Of a stretch of 64,000 bases of DNA, positions 24,101 through 34,391 are shown one piece after another. Every line of letters begins with the position of its first letter. Within the stretch, counting starts at the first letter, position 1. The position numbers were made by a program, and so were the translations under genes. Below the pieces are notes generated by a model. It searched no databases and was not told the origin of the DNA. It was given only the letters and a program-made list of their open reading frames with translations. This stretch comes from Hormiphora californensis (lineage: Eukaryota; Animalia; Ctenophora): NCBI GenBank assembly GCA_020137815.1, contig CM035362.1, positions 3,162,001 through 3,226,000 of the forward strand, given 5' to 3'.

Positions 24101-26485
24101 TAATCTGTACTGTTCTGTGTAATGTAAAACTGTTCCGTTATCTAATTGCTTTCCAGTGCTGTTCTTTCTAATCTGTACTGTTCTGTGTAATGTAAAACTG
24201 TTCGTCGAAACTTAGTTGCTGTTCCTTTCTAATCTGGTACTGTTCTATGTAATGTAAAAACTGTTCCGTCGAACTTAGTTGTGTTCCTTTTATTGGTACT
24301 GTTCTGGTAATGTAAAAACTGTTCGTCGAACTTAGTTTGTCTGTTCCTTTCTAATTTGTACTGTTCCTGTGTATGTAAAACTGTTCCGTCGAACTAGTTG
24401 CTGTTCCTTTCTATCTATACTGTTCCTGTGTATATAAAACTGTTCCTTTCTAATTTGTACTGTTCCCTGAATGTAAAACTGTTCCGTCCGAACTTAGTGC
24501 TGTTCCTTTCTAATTGTACTGTTCCTGTTAATGTAAAACTGTTCCGTCGAACTTAGTTGCTGTTCCTTTCTAATTGGTACTGTTCCTGTGTAAGGTAAAA
24601 TTGTTCCGCGAAATAAGTTGCTTTCCATTCTTATCGTGTACTGTCCTGGTAATGTAAAACTGTTCCTTTCTAATTGTACTGTTTCCTGTGTAATTAAAAA
24701 AGTGTCCGTCGATCCTGCTGTTCCAGTGCTGTTCCTTTCTAATTTGTACTGTTCCTGTGTTATGTAAAACTGTGTTCGTCAACTTAGTTGCTGTTCTTTC
24801 AAATTTTACTGTTTCCTGTGTAATATAACGTGTTCCGTCGAACTTAGTTTCTGTTCCACTTCTAATTTTGTACGTTCCTTTCTGTAATATGAACGTTCCT
24901 TTATTAACTTCTGTTATTGTAAAAGTGTTCCGTCGACTATGTGCTGTTCTTTCTAATCTGTACTGTTGCTGTTAATGTAAAGCTGTTCCGTTAATCTTAT
25001 TGCTGTCCAGTGCTGTCCTTTCTAATCTGTACTGTGCCTGTGTATATGTAAAACTTTTTCCGTCGAACTTAGTTGCTGTGTCCTTCTAATCTGTACTGTT
25101 CCTATGTAGTAAAACTGTCCGTCGATCTAGGGTTGCTGTTTCTTTCTAATTGTATTTCCTGTGTAATGTACTGTTCCGTCGAACTTGTGCGTTCCTTCTA
25201 AATTTTACGTTCTGTGTATGTAAAACTGTTCCGTCGAACTTAGTTGCTGTTCTGTTCTAATACTGCATAATAATGTCTGTGTATATAAACTGTTCCTTGT
25301 TAATTGTACTGTTCCTCTTGTAATGTAAAACTGTTCCGTCGAACTGTAGTTCTCTGTCCTTTCTAATTTGTACTGTTCCTGTGTAATGTAAAACTGTGTC
25401 TCGTCGAACTTAGTTGCTGTTCCTTCTAATTGGTACTGTTCCTGTGTAATGTAAAACTGTTCCGTCGAACTTAGTTGCTGTTCCTTTCTATTTGTACTGT
25501 TCCTGTGTAATGCAAACTGTTCCGTCGAACTAATTGTTTGCTGTTCCTTTCTAATCTGTACTGTGCTGTGTAATGTAAAACTGTCCGTTTAACTAATTGC
25601 TGTTCCAGTGCTGTTCCTTTCTAATTTGTACTGTTCCTGTGTAATGTAAAATTGTTCCGTCGAACTTAGTTGCTGTTCCTTTCTAATCTGTACTGTTCCT
25701 GTGTAATGTAAAACTGTTCCGTCGAACATAGTTGGTGTTCCTTTCTAATCTGTACTGTTCCTGTGTAATGTAAAACTGTTCCGTCGAACTAGTTGCTGTT
25801 CCTTTCTAATTTGTACTGTTCCTGTGTAATGTAAAAACTGTTCCGTCGAACTAGTTGCTGTTCCTTTCTAATTTGTACTGTTCCTGTGTAATGTAAAACT
25901 GTTCCGTCGAACTTAGTTGCTGTTCCTTTCTAATCTGTACTGTTCCTGTGTAATATAAAAGCGTTCCGTCACCCTCTCTCTATTATTTTGGTAAAATTAT
26001 CTCTCTATCTCTATCTCTCTGTCCCTCCCTCTCGATAATACAATACTGTATGAGTCGAGTGCTGTAAATACACATATTTTGGGTGACAAGTCCCATGTTC
26101 ACAGTAAACAGTTGTAGTACATGTTAATATTGTTCTTTTGTGTGAGATTTCGATTGGGAGTTCGCAAATATGCTTGTTGTTGCATACTGTTGTCTTCCTT
26201 TCTCTTTTACCATCTGTCAGGCCAATGCTCTGACCACAGTTCTCGCACGAGAATGGGTCAGGCAATGCTTTGACAGTTTACCATAGTCCATATAAGTTCA
26301 CTTGAATTTTGATTCATTTATCAGTGGTAATTGGCTATTAATAATAGCAGCCGTCAAGCATTAGAGTCTTATGTTGAGAGGAAGAGAGGCATACCCATAA
26401 GAGAGAAAGATATTGAGTTTGTGTGCATCATGTTACCTACTGCAGCAGGTGTGGAGAGGGACAGAGAGAGAGAGGGATGTTAGAT

Positions 26486-26520
<35 letters not shown>

Positions 26521-26697
26521 AGACGAGAGAGAGAGAGAGGCGAGAGAGGAGGAGAGAGAGTAGAGAGAGAGAGACAGGAGAGAGAAGGGAGAGAGAGAGA
26601 TAGAGAGTAGGGGAGAGAGGGAGAGGAGAGGAGGAGGGAGAGGGAGAGAGGAGAAGAAGGGAGAGGAGAGGTGACGAGAAGGAGAGAAAGCGAAGAG

Positions 26698-26778
<81 letters not shown>

Positions 26779-26850
26779 CGAGAGTGAGAGAGAGTGAGAA
26801 GAGAGAGAGGAGAGGAGAGAGAGAGAGAGAGAGAGAATGTGTGTGAGAGA

Positions 26851-26884
<34 letters not shown>

Positions 26885-29800
26885 AACAGCAACTGGAAGA
26901 TGAGATCATCATTTGAGTAGTGATCCAAGATTCCAAGAGGTATAGATCAGAGAAGTAGACAATTACAAGTCCGGAATGCTGGCTCCTACTACTGCAAGGA
27001 GAGAGAGTGAGTCGTTGTGTGATGTTTCCCTCACTCTCAGTCAGTGGTTCACAAATGTATTATATGCTTGACATGTTCCTCGTCTGACTGTCAGCTCTGT
27101 CACAACGGAAATTCAGTACATTGGCCATTGGGGGACGGATAATTTCAGGAATAAACAAAGTATAAAGGGGTTCGAAATTGTTGAATGTCGGATACGGCCA
27201 TACTCGGTTGAATGCACCCGATCTCGTTCGATCTCGGAAGTTAAACAACCGCAGGCGGGTTAGTACTTGGATGGGTGACCGCCTGGGAATCCCCGGTGCA
27301 GTATCCTTTTTGATTTTTTTTTCAAATTTTTAAAAGATCGGTCACCCATCTTTTTGGTGACTTTTTTGGGTCATTTTCACGTTAATTCCTATGATCTGGA
27401 ATGACAGCGAGAATCTCACAGAGAATCTCACAGATTTGCGAAGAGTTGCTGCAGAGCTGGTAGAGCTAGAGCTGACATGTGAGGGCTAGAGAGGCTCGCG
27501 ATTGGCTTTGAAGATCACGTGACAGGGTCACGTGGTTCCGCTGCACTTAGCGTTTGGAATTATCCATATTTGGAAAGGCCACCTACACGTGACTCGTGGC
27601 GTACTGGGGGATGGGAGGGAGGTCCGAGACTCCATCAGCAGTTTCAAACTTTTCAACACTACTTTAAACAAATTAATTTGAGGTAAGCTGAGTTCTAGTG
27701 TTCAACTGGCTCTCTTCGGAGGCCGGTAACACTTCCTTTTGGTCTGCCTTCCCATCGGGAGGGCGATAATAAATCGAAAACATTAAAGAGAAGATCGTGG
27801 GGTTCGTGTGCGTTGTGTGATTTCTCCTCCATCATCTCAGTCAGTGGTTCGTATAAAAATGTCTCTTTGCCGTGTTCTGAGTGTTTCCTTCCGGAAAATT
27901 GGTTCACATTGGGACGGGTAATTTGAATTGGAATAGTATAAAGGGGTGAATTGTTGAATGTCGGATACGGCCATACTCGGTTGAATGCACCCGATCTCGT
28001 TCGATCTCGGAAGTTAAACACCGCAGGCCGGGTTAGTACTTGGAGGGTGACCGCCTGGGAATCCCCGGTGCAGTATCCTTTTTGATTTTTTTTTTTAAAT
28101 TGGTCATCAGTATTGGTGACTTTTTTGGTCATTTTCAAGTGATTACTATTCCTTCTCTGGAATCAGCGAGATCAAGAGAATCTCACAGATTGTGAGTGCT
28201 GCTGCAGTAATAAGCTGGGGCTGACATGTGAGGCTAGAGAGCTTGCGATTGGCTTGAAGCACGTGACAGGGTCACGTGGTACGCTTTCTGGTTGAATTAT
28301 TCCATATTGGAAAGGCACCTACACAGGACTCGTGCTACTGGGGGATGGGAGAGGTCCGAGACTCCATCAGCAGTTTCAAACTTTTCAACACACTTTAAAC
28401 AAATTAATTTGAGGTAAGCTGAGTTCTAGTGTTCAACTGGCTCTCTTCGGAGGCCGGTAACCCTTCCTTTGGTCTGCCTTCCCATCGGGAGGGCGATAAT
28501 AAATTGAAAATATAAAAGGAACGTCGTGGGGTCGTGTGTGTTGTGTGATTTCTCTCAGTCCATGACAGTCAGGTCATGTGGTTGAAAAAATGTCTCTTGC
28601 AGTGTTCTGAGTGTTCCTTCCGGAAAAATGGTTTACACATTGGGGGACGGATAATTGAAAGGAATGTATAAAGGGGTTGAAATGTTTGAATGTCGGATAC
28701 GGCCATACTCGGTTGAATGCACCCGATCTCGTTCGATCTCGGAAGTTAAACAAGCAGGCGGGTTAGTACTTGGATGGGTGACCGCCTGGGAATCCCCGTG
28801 CAGTATCCTTTTTTTCAAATTTTTTTTAAATTGGTCAGTCAGTATTGGTGACTTTTTGGTCACTTTTCAAGTGAATTGACTGGTAGTCTTTTCCGATTCT
28901 TGGAAAGGTCAACTAAGAGAGAATCTCACCGATTTGGAGTGTGCTGCTGCAGCAGTATAGACTGCAGCTGACAGTGAGGCTAGAGAGCTGCGATGGCCTT
29001 GAAGCACAGTGACAGGGTCACGTGGTACGCTGCTTGCGTTGAATTATTCCATATTTGGAAAGGCCACCTACACGGGACTCGTGCTATGGGGGATGGGAGG
29101 AGGTCCGAGACTCCATCAGCAGTTTCAAACTTTTCAACACTACTTTAAACAATAATTTGAGGTAAGCTGAGTTCTAGTGTCAAATGGCTCTCTTCGGAGC
29201 CGGTAACACTTCCTTTTGGTCTGCCTTCCCATCGGGAGGGCGATAATAAATTAAAATATAAAAAGAAGAACTCATGGTCGTGTGTGTTGTGTGATTTCTC
29301 TCATCTCAGTCGATCAGTCAGCATGTTTTATGTATAATGTCTCTTTGCAGTGTTTGAGTGTTCTTCACGGAAAATTGTACTTATGGGGGACGGGTATTTG
29401 AAGAATAAAGTATAAAGGGGTTGGAATTGTGAATGTCGGATACGGCCATACTCGGTTGAATGCACCCGATCTCGTTCGATCTCGGAAGTTAAACAACCGC
29501 AGGCCGGGTTAGTACTTGGATGGGTGACCGCCTGGGAATCCCGGTGCAGTATTCTTTTTCAATTTTTTTTTAAATTGTCATTCAGTATTGGTGACTTTTG
29601 GTCACTTTTTCAGTGAATTGACATGATTTCCTATTTGGAAAGTCAACAGAGAGAGAATCTCACAGATTTGTGAGCTGCTGTGCTCGTGCAGTATAGCGGG
29701 CAGCTGAAATGTGAGGCTAGAGAGGCTTGCGATTGGCCTTGAAGTCACGTGACAGGGTCACGTGGTACGTTTTGAGTTGAATTATTCCATATTTGGAAAG

Positions 29801-32800
29801 GCACCTACACGGGATCGTGCTACTGGGGGATGGGAGGAGGTCCGAGACTCCATCAGCAGTTTCAAACTTTTCAACACTACTTTAACAAATTAATTTGAGG
29901 TAAGCTGAGTTCTATGTTCACTGGCTCTCTTCGGAGCCGGTAACACTTCCTTTTGGTCTGCCTTCCATCGGGAGGGCGATAATAAATTGAAAACTTACAA
30001 AAACGGAAGTGCGGTCGTGGTTGTGTGTGATTTCTCTCATCTCAGTCCAGTGGTCATGTGGTTCTATAAAAAGTCTCTTTGCAGTGTTTGAGTGTTGTCC
30101 TTCGGAAAATGGATTTACCATTGGGGGACGGGTAATTGGAAAATAAGTATAAAGGGGTGAAATTGTTGATGTCGGATACGGCCATAATCGGTTGAATGCA
30201 CCGATCTCGTTCGATCTCGGAAGTTAAACAACCGCAGGCCGGGTTAGTACTTGGATGGGTGACCGCCTGGGAATCCCCGGTGCAGTATCCTTTTTTTCAA
30301 ATTTTTTTGTAAATTGGTCAGTCAGTATTGGTGACTTTTGGTCACTTTTCAAGATGATTGATGGTAGTCTTTTAGTTCTCTTTGGAAGGTCAACTAGAGA
30401 GAGAATCTCACAGATTGTAGCTGCTGCTGCAGCAGGAATAAGCTGGGCAGCTGACATGTGAGGCTAGAGAGCTTGCGATTGGCTTTGAAGCACGTGACAG
30501 GGTCACGTGGTACTCTTGGTTGAAATTATTCCATATTTGGAAAGGACCTACACGGACTCGTGCTACTGGGGGATGGGAGGAGGTCCGAGACTCCATCAGC
30601 AGTTTTAAACTTTTCAACACTACTTTAAACAAATTAATTTGAGGTAAGCTGAGTTCTAGTGTTCAACTGGCTCTTTCGGAGCCGGTAACACTTTCTTTGG
30701 TCTGCCTTCCCATCGGGAGGGCGATAATAAATTGAAAACATTAACAAACGGAAAGTATGCGTGTCGTGTGTCGTTGTGTGATTTCTCTCTCTCAGTCGAT
30801 GCGTCAGTCATGGTGGTTCGTATAAAAAGTCTCTTTGCAGTGTTCTGAGTTTCCTTCCGGAAAAATTGGTACACATTGGGGGACGGTAATTTGAAGAATA
30901 AAGTATAAAGGGGTGGAATTGTTGAATGTCGGATACGGCATACTCGGTTGAATGCACCCGATCTCGTTCGATCCGGAAGTTAAACAACCGCAGGCCGGGT
31001 TAGTACTTGATGGGTGACCGCCTGGGAATCCCCGGTGCAGTATCCTTTTTTTCAAATTTTTTTTTAAAATTGTCAGTCAGTACTTGGTGACTTTTTTGGT
31101 CACTTTTCAAGATGAATTGACATGGTAGTCTTTCGTTCTCTTTGAAAGTCAACTAAGAGAGAATCTCACAGATTTGGAGTGCTGCTAGCAGCTAAGACTG
31201 GCAGCTGACATGTGAAGCTAGAGAGCTGGATTGGCCTTGAAGACACGTGACAGGGTCACGTGGTACGCTTCTGCGTTGAATTATCCATATTTGGAAAGGC
31301 ACCTACACGGGACTCGTGCGTACTGGGGGATGGGAGGAGGTCCGAGACTCATCAGCAGTTTCAAACTTTTCAACACTACTTTAAACAAATTAATTTGAGG
31401 TAAGCTGAGTTCTAGTGTTCAACTGGCTCTCTTCGGAGCCGGTAACACTTCCTTTTGGTCTGCCTTCCCATCGGGAGGGCGATAATAAATTGAAAATATA
31501 AAAGAAGTATGGGGTCGTGTGTGTTTTGTGATGTCTCTTCTCGACAGTCAGGTCATGTGTGTATAAAAATGTCTTCTTGACAGTGTCTGAGTGTTTCTTT
31601 CGGAAATTGGTTCACATTGGGGGACGGATAATTGAAATGGAATAGTATAAAAGGGTGTGAGAATGTTGTGAATGTCGGATACGGCCATACTCGTTGAATG
31701 CACCCGATCTCGTTCGATCTCGGAAGTTAAACAACCGCAGGCCGGGTTAGTACTTGGATGGGTGACCGCCTGGGAATCCCCGGCAGTATCCTTTTTTTAT
31801 TTTTTTTTTTAAATTGGTTCAGTCATATGGGACTTTTTGGTGACTTTTTGTGATTGACATGGTAGTCTTTTCCGTTTCCTCTTGAAAGGGTCAATAGAGA
31901 GAATCTCACAGATTTGTGAGCTGTGCTGCAGAGTAATAGTGGGCAGCTGACATGTGGAGGCTAGAGAGCTTGCGATTGGCCTTGAAGCACGTGACAGGGT
32001 CACGTGGTACGCTTTCTGGTTGAATTATTCCATATTTGGAAAGGCCACCTACACGGGACTCGTGCTACTGGGGGATGGGAGGAGGTCCGAGACTCCATCA
32101 GCAGTTTCAAACTTTTCAACACTACTTTAAACAAATTAATTTGAGGTAAGCTGAGTTCTAGTGTTCAACTGGCTCTCTTCGGAGCCGGTAACACTTCCTT
32201 TTGGTCTGCCTTCCATCGGGAGGGCGATAATAAATTGAAAATATAAAAAAGAATGTCATGGTGTGTCCGTGTGTGATCTCTCAGTCTCAGTCCAGTCAGG
32301 TCATGTGGTTCGTATATAAAATGTCTCTTGCCGTGTTCTGAGTGTTCCTTCCGGAAATTGGTACAGCCATTGGGGGACGGGTAATTTGAAGATAAAAGTA
32401 TAAAGGGGGTGAAATTGTTGAATGTCGGATACGGCCATACTCGGTTGAATGCACCGATCTCGTTCGATCTCGGAAGTTAAACAACCGCAGGCCGGTTAGT
32501 ACTTGGATGGGTGACCGCCTGGGAATCCCCGGTGCAGTATCCTTTTTTTTCAATTTTTTTTGTAAATTGGTCAGTCAGTATTGGTGACTTTTGGTCACTT
32601 TTCAAAATGAATGACATGGTAGTCTTTCCGTTTCCTCTTTGGAATCAGCAGATAGAGGGAGAGAATCTCACAGATTGTGAGCTGCTGCTGCTGCGCAGTA
32701 ATAGTCGGGCAGCTGCTCGTGAGAGCCTAGAGAGCTGGTTTCTAGCGAACAGCTCTTGTCAGCGCCACACAATTTTGGTAATTAGAAATCACGTGACATG

Positions 32801-34391
32801 CTCATACAATATTAAATATGTACCACGTTTTTAGGTGACGACAAAGTACTATTTTATCTACTACTACCAATACTGACTGACCAATTTACAAAAAAATTTG
32901 AAAAAAAGGATACTGCACCGGGGATTCCCAGGCGGTCACCCATCCAAGTACTAACCCGGCCTGCGGTTGTTTAACTTCCGAGATCGAACGAGATCGGGTG
33001 CATTCAACCGAGTATGGCCGTATCCGACATTCAACAATTTCACACCCCTTTATACCTATATTCCAATCTTCAAATTACCCGTCCCCCAATTGTGTACACC
33101 CAAATTTTCCGGAAGGAAACACTCAGAACACTGCAAAGAGACATTTTTATAATACGAACCACCATGACCTGACTGTCGACTGAGACTGAGAGAAATCACA
33201 CACGACACACACGGACCGGCCATGACGGTTCTATTTTACTATTTTCAATTTATTATCGCCCTCCCGATGGGAAGGCAGACCAAAAGGAAGTGTTACCGGT
33301 CTCCGAAGAGAGCCAGTTGAACACTAGAACTCAGCTTACCTCAAATTAATTTGTTTAAAGTAGTGTTGAAAAGTTTGAAACTGCTGATGGAGTCTCGGAC
33401 CTGCCTCCCATCCCCCAGTATGCTACGAGTCCCGTGTAGGTGACCTTTCCAAATATGGAATAATTCAACTCAAGAAAGCGTACCACGTGACCCTGTCACG
33501 TGCTTCATTGAGGCCAATCGCAAGCTCTCTAGGCTCTCACATGTCAGCTGCCCGAATATTACTGCAGCAGCAGCTCACAAATCTGTGAGATTCTCTCTCT
33601 AGTTGACCTTCCCAAAGAGGAAACGGAAAAGACTACCATGTCAATTCATCTTGAAAAAGTGACCAAAAAGTCACCAATACTGACTGACCAATTTACAAAA
33701 AAATTTGAAAAAAAGGATACTGCACCGGGGATTCCCAGGCGGTCACCCATCCAAGTACTAACCCGGCCTGCGGTTGTTTAACTTCCGAGATCGAACGAGA
33801 TCGGGTGCATTCAACCGAGTATGGCCGTATCCGACATTCAACAATTTCACACCCCTTTATACCTATATTCCAATCTTCAAATTACCCTATGTCGCTTAAA
33901 AAGTCTTAAATATGCCGAAGGTACCGGGTTCGTATCCTTGTTTTTTCCTATGATATAACTGAATGAAGTTGAACTAATACGATTTACTATTCTTATTTTT
34001 ATACTATCATGAATGCTTTTCACTAACCTCTCAAGTATGGCGCTGATAATGACTGCTACATTTGAAAATGCTGCTACGAATGTGATCCCAATAAACAGCA
34101 GACACAGACCTAGAAAGGTTGAAATAATCTTACTTTCTTTTCTCGTTATTACTATCATTCGAAAGTAGAATACGGCACAGTTATTCGATAAAATTTTACT
34201 AGTTTTCTCAAGTTTTATTTAGGCCGGTACGTCTGTGAACCCCGTGTTTACAATCAAACAAATTGTTTACCAGTTGATTCCCATATGGGTCTCGTTAAGG
34301 AGCTGTTAAAACTGGCCATCATTTGTTCCGTGTCCAATACTGCTAACAGCGAGTCACCAGGGGCGGGCTGGAATCGCCCTGTCAATGTCAT
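15186..34391 (-). CDS. Divergent class-A-like 7TM GPCR, at least 9 exons, with a 15-kb second intron
   Basis: Exons in transcription order, all GT-AG and phase-consistent: 34391-34271 (MTLTGRF..FNSS..WEST), 34109-34028 (TM1 LCLLFIGITFVAAFSNVAVII), 19043-18958 (TM2 FVFCVSLSFNHFFL), 18272-18134 (W..C, TM3 ..LLVFDSA), 17818-17734 (TM4 TWMIGVLP), 17340-17186 (ECL2 Cys, TM5 FLIIPL), 16919-16752 (TM6 FCLTTLPY), 16214-16080 (TM7 IFIPIIY). The tail is ambiguous (acceptor at 15946 or 15812; probable last exon starting at 15308). The start codon is also uncertain. Confidence 0.8.
17610..17718. mobile_element. hAT-like MITE, same family as 8815
   Basis: Same TIRs, 8-bp TSD CTTAATTT. Confidence 0.85.
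17885..18133. repeat. Intronic GTTACCCC/GTTGCCCC minisatellite
   Basis: Directly visible, degenerate units. Confidence 0.75.
18329..18600. mobile_element. MITE with about 30-bp TIRs
   Basis: CTAAAGTCGGATTTTTTGAAACTGTCGCC ... GGCGACAGTTTCAAAAAAAAATCCGACTTTAG; TSD not clear. Confidence 0.65.
18830..18944. mobile_element. Degenerate copy of the hAT-like MITE
   Basis: AGGAACCGACCGAATCAGG ... TCGGTCGGTTCCT. Confidence 0.75.
19245..19362 (-). rRNA. 5S rRNA
   Basis: GGATACGGCCATAC...GATCTCGGAAGTTAA...GTTAGTACTTGGATGGGTGACCGCCTGGGAA...GTATCC followed by a T-run; terminal stem pairs. Confidence 0.95.
19586..19710 (-). ncRNA. Spliced-leader (SL) RNA gene; leader exon 19710-19668
   Basis: AGTTTCAAACTTTTCAACACTACTTTAAACAAATTAATTTGAG|GTAAG, UUCG hairpin, Sm-like CCTTTTGG, 3' hairpin. 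Confidence 0.9.
20225..20941 (-). CDS. Intronless 238-aa ORF with one N-terminal C2H2 zinc finger and a probable coiled coil; function unknown
   Basis: CDLCDKSF..FYELLDHKNRDH; TATATAA about 30 bp upstream; AATAAA at about 20160 downstream. Confidence 0.6.
   Translation of the reverse strand: MKACDLCDKSFPFFYELLDHKNRDHYNGNPIENTTLDGTNDCVTADGSQGKPGDMDTKKENSTIIEATKIPNYKELYQLRDQQARKFERLYKTKLMESKQHLSRIKMFEKQIDEFITNFKDSTFNDFSNSIINDKSIADFLELSQLIAQKKFTKVARNNQLLQSFKTLFTGLKYGVIPLVVFQRIRLNAKERKLIKIIDKKSIEDVKKLFLKYTEEFANIFSVIEKTLLLLKDLKDEN
20993..21340 (-). CDS. Intronless 115-aa acidic/Ser-rich ORF with C-terminal CxxxCxxC; function unknown
   Basis: First ATG at 21340 (MSISKTRQ); TATAAAA at 21381-21375; tandem with the 238-aa ORF. 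Confidence 0.45.
   Translation of the reverse strand: MSISKTRQLEMSEEMGSEHMSDSESDSLSNVSDDEFSVPKYQSLLHCFALKHDLTDVGLSTAELTEREALLVNAIKESMSLFEIRELLNQNPELVNNIMNKLFPECENTCPNCSK
21455..25970. repeat. 62-bp satellite built from three CTGTTCC-led sub-units, about 4.5 kb
   Basis: Unit CTGTTCCGTCGAACTTAGTTG-CTGTTCCTTTCTAATTTGTA-CTGTTCCTGTGTAATGTAAAA; the middle is indel-rich. Confidence 0.95.
26455..26885. repeat. Degenerate (GA)n microsatellite
   Basis: Directly visible. Confidence 0.9.
27190..27306 (+). rRNA. 5S rRNA (array copy)
   Basis: Same sequence as the 19245 copy, T-run after. Confidence 0.9.
27640..27764 (+). ncRNA. SL RNA gene (leader 27640-27682)
   Basis: Leader, GTAAG, hairpins. Confidence 0.9.
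27963..28078 (+). rRNA. 5S rRNA (array copy)
   Basis: As above, small indels. Confidence 0.9.
28372..28494 (+). ncRNA. SL RNA gene (leader 28372-28413)
   Basis: As above. Confidence 0.88.
28695..28808 (+). rRNA. 5S rRNA (array copy)
   Basis: As above, small indels. Confidence 0.9.
29121..29241 (+). ncRNA. SL RNA gene (leader 29121-29161)
   Basis: As above. Confidence 0.88.
29438..29554 (+). rRNA. 5S rRNA (array copy)
   Basis: As above. Confidence 0.9.
29858..29977 (+). ncRNA. SL RNA gene (leader 29858-29899)
   Basis: As above. Confidence 0.88.
30174..30290 (+). rRNA. 5S rRNA (array copy)
   Basis: As above. Confidence 0.9.
30601..30722 (+). ncRNA. SL RNA gene (leader 30601-30643)
   Basis: As above. 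Confidence 0.88.
30931..31045 (+). rRNA. 5S rRNA (array copy)
   Basis: As above, small indels. Confidence 0.9.
31357..31480 (+). ncRNA. SL RNA gene (leader 31357-31399)
   Basis: As above. Confidence 0.9.
31677..31791 (+). rRNA. 5S rRNA (array copy)
   Basis: As above, small indels. Confidence 0.9.
32103..32225 (+). ncRNA. SL RNA gene (leader 32103-32145)
   Basis: As above. Confidence 0.9.
32427..32542 (+). rRNA. 5S rRNA (array copy)
   Basis: As above. Confidence 0.9.
32908..33025 (-). rRNA. 5S rRNA
   Basis: 118 nt, matches the 19245 copy; TATAAA about 30 bp upstream; T-run after. Confidence 0.95.
33258..33382 (-). ncRNA. SL RNA gene (leader 33382-33340)
   Basis: Clean copy with leader, donor GTAAG, two hairpins and Sm-like site. 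Confidence 0.92.
33484..33518 (-). promoter_or_regulatory. Putative SL RNA distal promoter: paired E-boxes and a CCAAT box
   Basis: CACGTGAC-CCT-GTCACGTG inverted repeat 100-120 bp upstream of the leader, CCAAT 11 bp further; recognisable in all SL units. Confidence 0.55.
33715..33832 (-). rRNA. 5S rRNA
   Basis: 118 nt, 807 bp from the previous copy, which gives the clean unit length. Confidence 0.95.

Noticed and set aside
21455-25970. CRISPR-like regular array
   Set aside because: The units are near-identical with no unique spacers, no cas genes are visible, and the context is eukaryotic
26011-26300. Cys-rich ORF next to the satellite
   Set aside because: No in-frame ATG, low-quality region and no recognisable domain
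26433-26936. Ser/Leu- or Arg/Glu-repeat ORFs (also at 38.0, 39.3, 51.5 and 58.8 kb)
   Set aside because: Translations of (GA)n/(CT)n microsatellites
27000-32700. Sequence diversity among 5S/SL copies read as true variants or pseudogenes
   Set aside because: Scattered 1-2-bp deletions and shorter units (730-770 vs 807 bp) resemble unpolished long-read error, while the flanking minus-strand copies match each other closely
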